Shown here: in pieces, positions 19,751 to 29,689 of the stretch | How positions within the stretch are numbered: position 1 is the stretch's first letter | Layout: every line of letters begins with the position of its first letter | Assembly: GCA_903829945.1 (NCBI GenBank) | Contig: CAIKRV010000059.1 | Span: 5,897 to 69,896 of the forward strand | Source: an uncultured bacterium | Lineage (GTDB): Bacteria > Bacteroidota > Bacteroidia > CAILMK01 | Reading direction: 5' to 3' | DNA: 64,000 nucleotides | Translations under genes and position numbers: made by a program | The notes under the pieces: model-generated | The model's input: the letters and a program-made list of their open reading frames with translations, nothing else | The model's database searches: none | What the model was told of the DNA's origin: nothing

Positions 19751-19855
19751 ATAAATTTCACTCCTTGACCGTCAAAAAAATGTATTTTCAAATATATGGC
19801 TTAGTTATATTCACAATTTGTCCCGATTTTTGCTAATTATAATTAAAATTGCAAA

Positions 19856-20497
19856 ATGAAATATATTTTAAGCTTTATCATGCTAGTGTTACTTATCCTA
19901 AGCGCTTGCGAACCAAGTGTTAGTTTTAGTGAGCCACAACCCAAAGATGCACCTATACTTACATCCTTCCCTTCCTTTATACAAGGCAATTATCAAAGCG
20001 AAAATTCTAATGCTACGCTAAAAATTAATGATCGAGACATTATTATAAATTTTGCTAATGACACCAAAATGCACAAAAAAGAATTGGATAGCTCCTATTT
20101 TATCCATGGGAATTATATGGTTAATAAAAAAACTAAGGACTCCGTTAAAATCAGCATTTCAGGTGATACTATCGTACAACATATTGTAGGCATAGACACT
20201 ATATTTTCCATAGGTAAAGGAAATATCTTAAAAAAGTTTAAAGGACATTATTTTCTAAATACCAGATACAATGATAGCACTTGGGAGGTTAAGCGTCTTA
20301 GTCTGGAAAAAAGTATACTTACTATTGCTAAAATTGAATTGGACCATATCCGTGATTTGGATAAATTAAAAATAATTATTGAGAATCCCAATGATACCAT
20401 TAGTAATAGGTACCATCCAAGCAACAAGAAATTCAAACAATTCGAATCAAATGGTGGATTTAATGGTGAAGATAAATTTATAAAGCTTAAAAAATAA
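19856..20497 (+). CDS. Hypothetical lipoprotein
   Basis: Signal peptide II ending LSAC; 213-aa open frame. Confidence 0.75.
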   Translation: MKYILSFIMLVLLILSACEPSVSFSEPQPKDAPILTSFPSFIQGNYQSENSNATLKINDRDIIINFANDTKMHKKELDSSYFIHGNYMVNKKTKDSVKISISGDTIVQHIVGIDTIFSIGKGNILKKFKGHYFLNTRYNDSTWEVKRLSLEKSILTIAKIELDHIRDLDKLKIIIENPNDTISNRYHPSNKKFKQFESNGGFNGEDKFIKLKK

Positions 20498-20524
20498 GTA
20501 ATAAATTGCACAAAATTTCCAATC

Positions 20525-22141
20525 ATGCAGAAGATAAATTTTAAAACACCACTTTATATAGCATTGTTAATTAGCCTGGGAATGATAGTAGGATATACTA
20601 TTAAACCATTTACTAAAAAACATAGCAATGAAAGTAATGATAAATTTAAGGAAGTACTAAAATTAGTTGAAGAATCCTATGTAGATACTCCAAACGAAGA
20701 TAAACTTTCAGATGCCGCAATATCCTCCATGCTTAAAGAATTGGATCCGCATTCAGTTTATATTCCTGCTAAAGAGGTAGTGGAAAGTAATGAAGAATTA
20801 GAGGGGAGTTTTGAAGGGGTAGGTATTGAATTTAATATGTTAAATGATACAATTGTGGTGGTTTCTGCCATATCAGGTGGGCCTTCCGAGGCAGTAGGTA
20901 TTCATGCAGGCGATAAAATCATTAACATAGAAAATAAAATTGTAGCAGGTATTCATATTTCCACGGAAGAGGTTAAAAAGAGTTTGCGAGGAAGGAAATA
21001 CACAAAAGTAAAAATTGGTATCATAAGAGGAGGAGATAAAAGAATTTTAAATTTCACGATTACTCGTGATAAAATTCCACTTTACACTATTGATGCAGCG
21101 TATATGGTTAGTCCGGGCATTGGATATATTAAAATCAATAGGTTTGGCGCAACCACGGAAGAAGAATACCATGAAGCCGTTAAAAAACTCAGAAAACTTG
21201 GGATGAAAGATTTGGTTTTAGATTTAACCAATAATCCCGGAGGGTACTTAAAAGCTGCAATTTCATTGGCTGATGAATTTCTTGCCAACGATGAACTAAT
21301 AGTTTATACGCAAGGAAGAGTAAGGGCTAAAAAAATATATAAAGCAACTAATACCGGACAATTTGAACATGGAAAATTGGCAATATTGGTAGATGAAGGT
21401 TCTGCTTCCGCCAGTGAAATTGTTTCCGGAGCCATTCAAGACCAGGATCGAGGTATTATTGTTGGAAGGCGCTCCTTTGGGAAAGGCTTGGTTCAGGAGC
21501 CTTTCTTACTAAATGATCGTTCTGAAATTCGATTAACCGTAGCCAGATATTATACCCCAAGTGGCAGATCCATCCAAAGACCATATTCCAATGGAACGGA
21601 TGAATATTACGAAGACATGGGCAATAGAATTCGAAGAGGTGAATTGATTTCCAAAGACAGCATTAAGTTTAATGATTCATTAAAATATTTTACCCGAAAC
21701 CATCGATTGGTTTATGGTGGTGGCGGTATTATGCCGGATATTTTTGTTCCTTTGGATACTACCTTCAATTCGGAGTATTTGCATAATTTATCAGGAAAAG
21801 GAATTTTTAGTGAATTTGTTGCTTTCTTTATGGAAAAAAATCGCGAAAACATTTTAAAATTATATCCGGATTTTGCGAGTTTCAGTCAAAATTTCAGGAT
21901 TGATGAAAATATTATAAATCAATTTGTATCCTTCGGAGAAAAAAGTGGAATTAAGAAAGACATGAAAGGTTTGGCAATTTCAGAACCTTTTATAAAATTA
22001 GAATTAAAAGCAATAATAGCTCGTCAAATATTCCACAATGAAGGATTTTTCAAAATCATCAATGATAAAAATAATATTCTTAAAAAAGCTGTGGAAGCAC
22101 TAAAAGGCATTACCTATAAAAATTTAAGACTTACAGAATAA
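20525..22141 (+). CDS. S41 family C-terminal processing peptidase (PDZ)
   Basis: LDPHSVY, FEGVGI, DLTNNPGGYL, SASASEIVSGAIQD, SFGKGLVQ, YYTPSGRSIQ. Confidence 0.94.
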   Translation: MQKINFKTPLYIALLISLGMIVGYTIKPFTKKHSNESNDKFKEVLKLVEESYVDTPNEDKLSDAAISSMLKELDPHSVYIPAKEVVESNEELEGSFEGVGIEFNMLNDTIVVVSAISGGPSEAVGIHAGDKIINIENKIVAGIHISTEEVKKSLRGRKYTKVKIGIIRGGDKRILNFTITRDKIPLYTIDAAYMVSPGIGYIKINRFGATTEEEYHEAVKKLRKLGMKDLVLDLTNNPGGYLKAAISLADEFLANDELIVYTQGRVRAKKIYKATNTGQFEHGKLAILVDEGSASASEIVSGAIQDQDRGIIVGRRSFGKGLVQEPFLLNDRSEIRLTVARYYTPSGRSIQRPYSNGTDEYYEDMGNRIRRGELISKDSIKFNDSLKYFTRNHRLVYGGGGIMPDIFVPLDTTFNSEYLHNLSGKGIFSEFVAFFMEKNRENILKLYPDFASFSQNFRIDENIINQFVSFGEKSGIKKDMKGLAISEPFIKLELKAIIARQIFHNEGFFKIINDKNNILKKAVEALKGITYKNLRLTE

Positions 22142-22143
22142 TA

Positions 22144-22749
22144 TTAAATATTTAAAGTCAATTGAATAACTTGACTTACGGGAGCAAAAGTGCGGCGATG
22201 TAAAGGAGAAACGCCATTAGTAGCTATCATGGTTTTATGCAATTTAGTGGCGTACCCTTTATTTTGATTCCATGCATAGACAGGATATTGTTCATGCAAT
22301 TTTAACATTAATTCATCTCTATAAGTTTTTGCTAAAATAGAAGCGGCAGCAATGGAAGCATATTTTGCATCTCCATCTACAATGGTTTGATGTGGTATAT
22401 TTTTATATTTATAAAACCTATTGCCATCAATAATAATAAATTTAGGACGCTTCTTTAATTTGTCCAATGCCAAATGCATGGCTTTGATAGATGCTTTTAA
22501 TATATTTATTTTATCAATTTCTTCATGATCCACTTCTGCTATTGCCCATGCCAAGGCGTTTGATTTAATAAATTCCGCTGCTGCTTTTCTTTTTGATTCA
22601 CTTAAAATTTTTGAATCATTCAAAAGGGATAAGTCCATATTTTCAGATAATATTACGGCAGCAGCAACGACCGGACCGGCCAAGCATCCTCTTCCTGCTT
22701 CATCACATCCGGCTTCAAGGAATTTATTTTGGAATTGTCGTTCAAGCAT
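22144..22749 (-). CDS. rnhB: Ribonuclease HII
   Basis: AGCDEAGRGCLAGPVVAAAV, DSK, IIDGN, SIAAASILAKTYRD, KGY, HRRTF. Confidence 0.96.
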   Translation of the reverse strand: MLERQFQNKFLEAGCDEAGRGCLAGPVVAAAVILSENMDLSLLNDSKILSESKRKAAAEFIKSNALAWAIAEVDHEEIDKINILKASIKAMHLALDKLKKRPKFIIIDGNRFYKYKNIPHQTIVDGDAKYASIAAASILAKTYRDELMLKLHEQYPVYAWNQNKGYATKLHKTMIATNGVSPLHRRTFAPVSQVIQLTLNI

Positions 22750-22796
22750 GAAACGAATTTAAGACAATTAACACTGAAACAATGTAAAAGAGGCAT

Positions 22797-22830
22797 AAAA
22801 AAAGAGCACCTTTGGGGTGCTCTTTTTTTT
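22797..22830. terminator. Bidirectional intrinsic terminator after rpoD
   Basis: AAAAAAAGAGCACC-TTTGG-GGTGCTCTTTTTTTT. Confidence 0.85.
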
Positions 22831-22847
22831 TATAATGTAAAACTTAA

Positions 22848-23711
22848 TTATCCTAGATAAGCTTTTAATAATCCACTTTTAGAAGATTTACGTAATTTAC
22901 GTAATGCCTTTTCTTTAATTTGACGTACGCGTTCACGGGTCAAATTAACTTTTTCACTGATATCTTCATAGGAATGAGGAATGCTTCCTTCCAAACCGAA
23001 ATATAAATTTAAAATTTCTTTTTCCTTTTCAGATAAAATTGACATTACACGAGCTATTTCACGTTGAAGTGATTCATGTAAAAGATTTTTATCAGGATTT
23101 GGCTCTTGGGTATTGGATAATAAAGTTAACAAGGTAGTATCTTCATCATCACTAATCGGAGCATCAATGGATAAATGTCTTCCGGAAGTTGAAAGAGTAG
23201 TTTCAATTTCTTCAGCCGGTAAGTCTAATAATTCTGCAATTTCATCAGTGGTAGCTTCTCTCTCAAATTTTTGTTCCAATTGAGCAGCAGCCACACTAAT
23301 TTTACTTAATGAACCTACTTTGTTTAATGGCAATCTTACTAAACGGCTTTGATCTGCCAAAGCTTGTAAAATGGATTGACGAATCCACCATACTGCATAA
23401 GAAATAAATTTAAAACCTCTGGTTTCATCAAATCTTTGTGCGGCTTTAATCAAACCCAAATTTCCTTCATTAATTAAATCACCTAAAGTTAAACCTTGAT
23501 TTTGGTATTGTTTTGCAACTGATACCACAAATCGCAAGTTTGAGTTTACTAATTTTTCCAGGGCAACTTGATCCCCGTCTTTTATTCGTTTAGCTAATTC
23601 CACCTCTTCCGTAGGCGTAATCATTTCAACTTTTGAAATTTCATTTAGGTACTTGTCCAAAGACTTATTTTCCCTGTTGGTAAACTGTTTGTTTATCTTT
23701 AGTTGTCTCAT
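22848..23711 (-). CDS. rpoD: RpoD/SigA-family sigma70 factor, short Bacteroidota type
   Basis: [70 protein letters not shown]. Confidence 0.9.
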   Translation of the reverse strand: MRQLKINKQFTNRENKSLDKYLNEISKVEMITPTEEVELAKRIKDGDQVALEKLVNSNLRFVVSVAKQYQNQGLTLGDLINEGNLGLIKAAQRFDETRGFKFISYAVWWIRQSILQALADQSRLVRLPLNKVGSLSKISVAAAQLEQKFEREATTDEIAELLDLPAEEIETTLSTSGRHLSIDAPISDDEDTTLLTLLSNTQEPNPDKNLLHESLQREIARVMSILSEKEKEILNLYFGLEGSIPHSYEDISEKVNLTRERVRQIKEKALRKLRKSSKSGLLKAYLG

Positions 23712-23918
23712 ATATTATAAAAGGTTCTCCTATTTAATAACGAACATCAAACGCCTCTTCTTAATAATAAGTTCAAATCGTTAAAAAAAAATTAAGAATG
23801 ATACGTCAAATACAAGCATATAACTATGTGCCCTTCGTAATAGTTCCGTTTACTGTTGCAGAAATGATAAAAAAAGGGAAACTTTGCAGAAAAGCCTTAT
23901 GGCATAATTTTATTTAGA

Positions 23919-24938
23919 ATGGATATAAACAACTTTGAAGAATATTTAAAGGAAATTGAGCAAACTACTTTGGACTCTAAGGCAGTACTCGAAGAATTTC
24001 GTTTGAAATACCTTGGTAAAAAGGGAATTATACCTGCTTTATTTTCAAAAATGAAGGAAGTCCCGGGTGAATTAAAAAAAGATTTTGGGGCTCGGGTTAA
24101 TGAAATAAAAGTAAAAGCAGAGGAAAAAATTGAGGCGGTTAAGGAACAAATTGAAGCTTTGGAATTAAAAAAACAATCCGCAGATTTGGACTTAAGCCTG
24201 GAAGGCGCCCCGTTTTCTGCAGGTTCCCTACATCCTTTAACTATTATTCGAAACCGAATGGTAGATATTTTCTCGAAATTAGGTTTTGTAGTAGCTGAGG
24301 ATATAGAAATTGTAGACGATTGGCACAATTTTTCTGCCTTAAATATGCCGGAAGACCATCCGGCCAGGGATATGCAGGACACCTTTTTTATTAGGAAAGA
24401 TCCTGATATTGTATTACGCACTCACACCTCTTCGGTACAGGTTCGCGTCATGCAAAACCAAAAGCCACCCATTAGAACAATTTCGCCCGGCAGAGTTTAT
24501 AGAAAAGATAGCGATGCAACCCACGCGCCCAACTTTCACCAAATTGAGGGTTTATTTATTGACAAAGACGTTTCCTTTGCTGACCTCAAACAAACCTTAT
24601 TTTATTTTGTTCAAGAAATGTTTGGTAAAGATATAGAAGTTCGGTTTCGCCCCTCCTATTTCCCATTTACCGAACCCTCTGCTGAAATGGATATAAAATG
24701 GAAAAAAATAAATCATGAAACTGGCAAAGAAGAAGCCAGTTGGATGGAAATTTTAGGCTGCGGTATGGTGGATCCTGCGGTTTTAGAAAACTGCGGTATA
24801 AATCCGCAAGAATATTCCGGCTTCGCTTTTGGCATAGGTGTAGAACGCATTACTATGGTGAAATATAAAATACCGGATATCCGATTGTTTTACGAAAATG
24901 ATTTAAGGTTTTTGAAACAATTTGCAGGTGAAATATAA
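23919..24938 (+). CDS. pheS: Phenylalanine--tRNA ligase alpha subunit
   Basis: HPARDMQDTF, LRTHTS, PGRVYR, FHQIEG, FRPSYFPFTEPS, GFAFGIGVER. Confidence 0.97.
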   Translation: MDINNFEEYLKEIEQTTLDSKAVLEEFRLKYLGKKGIIPALFSKMKEVPGELKKDFGARVNEIKVKAEEKIEAVKEQIEALELKKQSADLDLSLEGAPFSAGSLHPLTIIRNRMVDIFSKLGFVVAEDIEIVDDWHNFSALNMPEDHPARDMQDTFFIRKDPDIVLRTHTSSVQVRVMQNQKPPIRTISPGRVYRKDSDATHAPNFHQIEGLFIDKDVSFADLKQTLFYFVQEMFGKDIEVRFRPSYFPFTEPSAEMDIKWKKINHETGKEEASWMEILGCGMVDPAVLENCGINPQEYSGFAFGIGVERITMVKYKIPDIRLFYENDLRFLKQFAGEI

Positions 24939-24974
24939 AATCTAAGACGAAAAAATAAGATCAATTCGCTATAA

Positions 24975-25832
24975 ATGAGTAACATAGAAAATATTAAAAC
25001 AATCGCGATTATTGGTGCCGGAACCATGGGAAGCGGTATTGCACAAATTTGTGCGGCAGCAGGCTACCAAACCATTATCTACGACCAACAATTCGATGCT
25101 TTGGAAAGAGCAAAAACAGGTATTATTTCCAATTTAGACGGAGCCATCCAAAGAGGAAAGATGACCGAAAGTGCAAAAACAGATTTACTTGAAAAAATAA
25201 AATTCAGCAACGATTTTAATGACCTAAAAGCAGAAGTTATTATCGAAGCCATTATAGAAAAATTATCCGTTAAAAGAGAACTTTTTCTGGCACTAGCCTC
25301 CTTAAATAATGAAGATTGCATATTTGCAACCAATACATCCTCCATCCCAATTACTCAAATTGCCTACGGCATTCCAAACCCGGAACGAGTCGTTGGCATG
25401 CATTTTTTCAATCCTGCACATATCATGAAATTAGTAGAAGTAATTTCAGGTGCTAATACCTCGGATACTATAGCCAAAACAATATTTAACCTAGCCACTA
25501 AACTCGGGAAAAAAGCAGTGATGGTAAAAGATGCTCCGGGCTTTATTGTAAACCGAGTAGCAAGACACTATTATGTAGAAGCATTAAAAGCATTAGAGGA
25601 AAATGTTGCTGAAATAGAAAATATTGATGCCTTAATGGAGGCCACCGGTTTTAAAATGGGGCCTTTTAAACTTATGGATTTAATTGGGGTGGATACAAAC
25701 TTTTCGGTAACCTCCTCTATGTTTGAACAATTTCATCAAGATCCCAAATTTAGACCAAGTCGAATTCAACAACAAAAAGTAGATGCCGGACATTGGGGCA
25801 GAAAAACAAAAAAAGGGTTTTACGCTTATTAG
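24975..25832 (+). CDS. 3-hydroxyacyl/3-hydroxybutyryl-CoA dehydrogenase
   Basis: IGAGTMGSGIAQ, EAIIE, TNTSS, GMHFFNPAHIM, PGFIVNR, MGPFKLMDLIGVD. Confidence 0.93.
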   Translation: MSNIENIKTIAIIGAGTMGSGIAQICAAAGYQTIIYDQQFDALERAKTGIISNLDGAIQRGKMTESAKTDLLEKIKFSNDFNDLKAEVIIEAIIEKLSVKRELFLALASLNNEDCIFATNTSSIPITQIAYGIPNPERVVGMHFFNPAHIMKLVEVISGANTSDTIAKTIFNLATKLGKKAVMVKDAPGFIVNRVARHYYVEALKALEENVAEIENIDALMEATGFKMGPFKLMDLIGVDTNFSVTSSMFEQFHQDPKFRPSRIQQQKVDAGHWGRKTKKGFYAY

Positions 25833-25936
25833 TTTATTTTAATGCCGAGCTTTGGTTGCAAACTGCTAATATTGTGGCTCTTTCATAATCTTGCATTATT
25901 CTTGCCTAAGCAATTGTTAGTAGCATCAAACATGCA

Positions 25937-26665
25937 ATGAAAACCTTAGATCAAAATTCAGAACAGATAAAACAAGATATAAATACGCTTGTTTTTGAAG
26001 GACGAAATAAGGCTTATGGCGCATATTATATTCGACTGCATAATTTTCGATGGACTAAAAATAGTCTTATTGCAGGGTTTATTATTTTTATTTTTTTGCT
26101 CAATCTACCGGGTTTACTAAAAGATCTTCTTAAAAAAAATGAAAATGCTATTGAAATAAGCGTTCCTGTAAATACTGCTGATCATAATTTATCAACTTTG
26201 CCTCCGCCTCCGGAAAATAATATAAACTCAAATAAAAATCCTTTGGCGGGTATTATTAAAAAAAGCCAGGGGCCTGCAAAAAGTCATACGGATAGCATAG
26301 CAGCACATTTATTAAAGGACACCCTTGAAATAAAAAATGATTCCATAGCCATAGATACTTCCTTACCGGAACGGTTGCCAATGTTTCCAGGTGGCAATAA
26401 ATTATTAGCTGATTATATCCATACGCATTTGGTATATCCTACCTTGGATCGAAATGCAGGAATCCATGGCATTCAATATGTATTTTTCAGCATCAATGAA
26501 GATGGCAGTTTGGAGGATATTGAAGCCCTGGATGCCTTATCTATTCCCATAGGTCATGCTGCAGAAGATTTGGTATCAGGAATGCCCAAATGGTGGCCTG
26601 CAAAGCATTTAAACAAGAAAATAAAGACACGTGTTAAAATTCCAATTGTGTTCCAAAAACCATAA
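25937..26665 (+). CDS. TonB-family energy transducer
   Basis: LVFEGRNKAYGAY, single TM, Pro stretch PPPPE, PMFPGG, MPKWWPA, VKIPIVF. Confidence 0.85.
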   Translation: MKTLDQNSEQIKQDINTLVFEGRNKAYGAYYIRLHNFRWTKNSLIAGFIIFIFLLNLPGLLKDLLKKNENAIEISVPVNTADHNLSTLPPPPENNINSNKNPLAGIIKKSQGPAKSHTDSIAAHLLKDTLEIKNDSIAIDTSLPERLPMFPGGNKLLADYIHTHLVYPTLDRNAGIHGIQYVFFSINEDGSLEDIEALDALSIPIGHAAEDLVSGMPKWWPAKHLNKKIKTRVKIPIVFQKP

Positions 26666-26679
26666 TTGATACTTAATAA

Positions 26680-27075
26680 TCAAGTATTGAGTTTTGGTAC
26701 AGAAATTTCTAAAGCATTAGTGGATATGTAAATTTCATAAATACATACCATTAATGAGAGCATTAAAAAACTCAAACTAATACCAAACATCCAAGCCGCA
26801 AATAATTTACTGTCGCCAAGAATGAATAGCATACTGATAATACTAAACACAAATGCAATGACGCAAATAAATTGAACAAATTTAATAATCTTCACGTGCT
26901 TTTGAAAAAGTTGTAATTGACACAATAAATTTTCATCCTTTTCATGACAGTATTTTTCATACAAATCACGAATGAGCTTAGTTAAAGTTAAAAACCTATT
27001 GGTATAGGCTAATAAGAATAATGAAACCGTACTAAATAATAGTCCGGGCGCGGTAAGTTGAATATCACTTGTCAT
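26680..27075 (-). CDS. DUF2721-like small membrane protein
   Basis: LTAPGLLFSTVSLFLLAYTNRFL N-terminus; three hydrophobic segments; EIYIS near the C-terminus. Confidence 0.82.
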   Translation of the reverse strand: MTSDIQLTAPGLLFSTVSLFLLAYTNRFLTLTKLIRDLYEKYCHEKDENLLCQLQLFQKHVKIIKFVQFICVIAFVFSIISMLFILGDSKLFAAWMFGISLSFLMLSLMVCIYEIYISTNALEISVPKLNT

Positions 27076-27087
27076 AATAAAAGCATT

Positions 27088-27126
27088 AAAAAAACAAAAC
27101 CCCCGACATGGCTGCCGGAGGTTTTG
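27088..27126 (-). terminator. Attenuator-type terminator in the DUF2721 leader
   Basis: Minus strand CAAAACCTCCGGC-AGCCAT-GTCGGGGGTTTTG (13 bp with two G:U pairs) followed by TTTTTTT, ending 12 nt before the DUF2721 ATG. Confidence 0.8.
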
Positions 27127-27150
27127 CTCTCTTTTGTGTGTGTAAAATAA

Positions 27151-27219
27151 TTACAAAGCAATATCCTTCGGCATAGTGTCCGTCTTACAATGACAATTAT
27201 GTTTCAGATATTGATTCAT
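27151..27219 (-). CDS. Putative 22-aa leader peptide MNQYLKHNCHCKTDTMPKDIAL
   Basis: ATG...TAA, 23 codons, read by hand; starts 4 nt after a perfect -7 element and precedes a terminator. Confidence 0.6.
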   Translation of the reverse strand: MNQYLKHNCHCKTDTMPKDIAL

Positions 27220-27223
27220 GCTG

Positions 27224-27231
27224 CAAAGATA
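27224..27231 (-). promoter_or_regulatory. -7 element (TATCTTTG) driving leader peptide/DUF2721
   Basis: TATCTTTG-CAGC-ATG. Confidence 0.7.
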
Positions 27232-27267
27232 TAACATCATTTTACTTATTTCAAAATAATATTTAAA

Positions 27268-29148
27268 TTAATCTTCAGTTTCCGTAACCAAAGCTGCTTC
27301 CATTTCTTCCAATAAATCTTTTTCAATTCTTAAATTGTCAATAATAAAACCTTGTCTTTCCGGAGTATTTTTACCCATATAATAACCCAGCGTTTTTTGG
27401 ATAGACATTTCTTGTCCTAATATTACCGGTTCTAAGCGAATATCATCCCCAATAAATCGACCAAATTCTTCAGGTGAAATTTCTCCCAAGCCTTTAAATC
27501 GTGTTATTTCAGGTTTACCTCCAAGCTTAAAAATGGCTTGTTGACGCTCTTCATCGGAATAACAATAAAAAGTTTGTTTTTTATCTCTTACCCTAAATAG
27601 CGGTGTTTGTAAAATATACAGATGTCCATTTCGAACAAGCTCCGGAAAGAATTGCAAAAAGAAGGTAAGCAATAACATTCTGATATGCATTCCATCCACA
27701 TCAGCATCCGTGGCAATGACAACTTGATTGTAACGAAGGGTTTCTAAACCTTCTTCAATATCCAATGCATGTTGCAACAAATTAAACTCCTCATTTTCAT
27801 AAACCACCTTTTTAGTTAAGCCAAAACAATTGAGTGGTTTTCCTCTCAGACTAAATACTGCTTGCGTTTCTACATTTCTGGATTTAGTAATTGATCCGCT
27901 GGCAGAATCACCCTCGGTTATAAATATAGTAGTATTATATCTTTTATCCTGATTGAGTTCGGTATAATGTACTCTGCAATCACGCAATTTTTTATTGTGT
28001 AAATTTGCTTTTTTAGCTCTTTCATTAGCAAGCTTTTTAATTCCTGCCATGTCTTTTCTCTCGCGTTCACTTTGTAAAATGCGTTTCAGCAATGCTTCAG
28101 CAACTGAGGCATTTCTATGTAGATAATCATCTAATTCCTTTTTTAAGAAATCATTAATATATCCGCGCATCGTTGGACCTTCCGGACCGAACATTTGTGA
28201 GCCTAATTTTGTTTTGGTTTGAGACTCAAAAACAGGCTCCTGAACACGAACACTGATGGCACCGATAATTGATTGTCGAACATCAGACGGATCAAAATCT
28301 TTTTTATAAAATTCTCTTAGGGTTTTTACCAATGCTTCACGGAAGGCTGCTAAATGCGTTCCTCCTTGAGTGGTGAATTGTCCATTGACAAAAGAATAAT
28401 ATTCTTCGCCATACTGTTCACCATGAGTAAATGCAATTTCAATATCCTCTGCTTTTAAATGAATAATTGGATAACGAATACTTTCTACATCTGCCTTTTT
28501 CCTCAAAAGATCTAACAAGCCATCTTTAGAAAAATACTTCTTGTTATTAAAATTTATGGTTAGGCCGGCATTTAAATAACAATAATTCCAAATTTGATTT
28601 TCAAGATATTCTACATTGAAACTAAAGTTTTTAAAAATACTTTCATCCGGAACAAAAGTGATGGCTGTTCCATTTTTCTCTTCAGTACTTTTAATTTTCT
28701 GATCTTCTATGAGTTCTCCTTTATCAAAGGAAACTACCTTGGTTTTCCCTTCCCGATAGGCATCTACTCTAAAATATTTTGATAAAGCATTTACGGCTTT
28801 AGTACCTACTCCATTTAATCCTACAGATTTTTGAAACGCTTTGCTATCATATTTAGCACCTGTATTTATTTGGGATACACATTCTATAACTTTACCCAAA
28901 GGAATTCCTCTACCAAAATCGCGCACAAATACCTTATGATCAGATATTTTAATATCAATTTGTTTGCCATATCCCATCACAAACTCATCAATACTATTGT
29001 CTATCACCTCTTTAACTAATACATAAATACCATCATCTTGTGAAGATCCATCACCTAACTTACCAATATACATCCCCGGACGTAGTCGTATATGTTCTCT
29101 CCAATCCAATGACCGGATGCTATCTTCATTATATGCGTGTTGTTCCAT
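27268..29148 (-). CDS. parE: DNA topoisomerase IV subunit B
   Basis: [76 protein letters not shown]; Bacteroidota ParE type. ATG 29148 preferred. Confidence 0.9.
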   Translation of the reverse strand: MEQHAYNEDSIRSLDWREHIRLRPGMYIGKLGDGSSQDDGIYVLVKEVIDNSIDEFVMGYGKQIDIKISDHKVFVRDFGRGIPLGKVIECVSQINTGAKYDSKAFQKSVGLNGVGTKAVNALSKYFRVDAYREGKTKVVSFDKGELIEDQKIKSTEEKNGTAITFVPDESIFKNFSFNVEYLENQIWNYCYLNAGLTINFNNKKYFSKDGLLDLLRKKADVESIRYPIIHLKAEDIEIAFTHGEQYGEEYYSFVNGQFTTQGGTHLAAFREALVKTLREFYKKDFDPSDVRQSIIGAISVRVQEPVFESQTKTKLGSQMFGPEGPTMRGYINDFLKKELDDYLHRNASVAEALLKRILQSERERKDMAGIKKLANERAKKANLHNKKLRDCRVHYTELNQDKRYNTTIFITEGDSASGSITKSRNVETQAVFSLRGKPLNCFGLTKKVVYENEEFNLLQHALDIEEGLETLRYNQVVIATDADVDGMHIRMLLLTFFLQFFPELVRNGHLYILQTPLFRVRDKKQTFYCYSDEERQQAIFKLGGKPEITRFKGLGEISPEEFGRFIGDDIRLEPVILGQEMSIQKTLGYYMGKNTPERQGFIIDNLRIEKDLLEEMEAALVTETED

Positions 29149-29266
29149 AGTTAAAATTTCCCAGGACAAAAATAATGGATTTTATGTGATTTAGAAAGGA
29201 AAGACTTTTATCCCTGAATTAAGTCATTTTTTAACCTATATTATCCTTTAAAAACATGAACATAGC

Positions 29267-29274
29267 TATCTTTG
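29267..29274 (+). promoter_or_regulatory. -7 element (TATCTTTG) for the MmcQ/THUMP genes
   Basis: Exact TAnnTTTG 17 nt upstream of ATG 29292. Confidence 0.65.
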
Positions 29275-29291
29275 CAGGCTAATTTATAAAA

Positions 29292-29645
29292 ATGGACTTG
29301 GAAAGTCTGCATAATTATTGTCTTAGTTTAAAAGGAAGTGAAGAAAGTCAGCCTTTTGGACCGGAAAACATTGTTTTAAAGGTAAAAAACAAAATTTTTG
29401 GGATTATTGCCTTAAACGATCCGCTTTCTATCAATTTAAAATGTGATCCGGAAAAAGCTTTGGAACTCAGAGAGCAGTTTTCCTTCGTTCAGCCGGGTTA
29501 TCACATGAATAAAAAACACTGGAATACTATAATATTAGAGGATATAGTAACTGATCGCCTGGTAAAAGAATGGATTGATCATTCTTATAAATTAATTGTC
29601 AACAGCTTATCCTCAAAAGAGCAAAAAGAGCTTCATGCCTTGTAA
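29292..29645 (+). CDS. MmcQ/YjbR family protein
   Basis: PFGPE, NLKCDPE, PGYHMNKKHWNTI, WIDHSY. Confidence 0.92.
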   Translation: MDLESLHNYCLSLKGSEESQPFGPENIVLKVKNKIFGIIALNDPLSINLKCDPEKALELREQFSFVQPGYHMNKKHWNTIILEDIVTDRLVKEWIDHSYKLIVNSLSSKEQKELHAL

Positions 29646-29689
29646 GGCATATTTGAAGCAAATTAGAATCTTTAAACTATAACCCACAA

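Noticed and set aside
27268-29148. parE without adjacent parC
   Set aside because: Unlinked parE and parC are not unusual; no sign of pseudogenisation.
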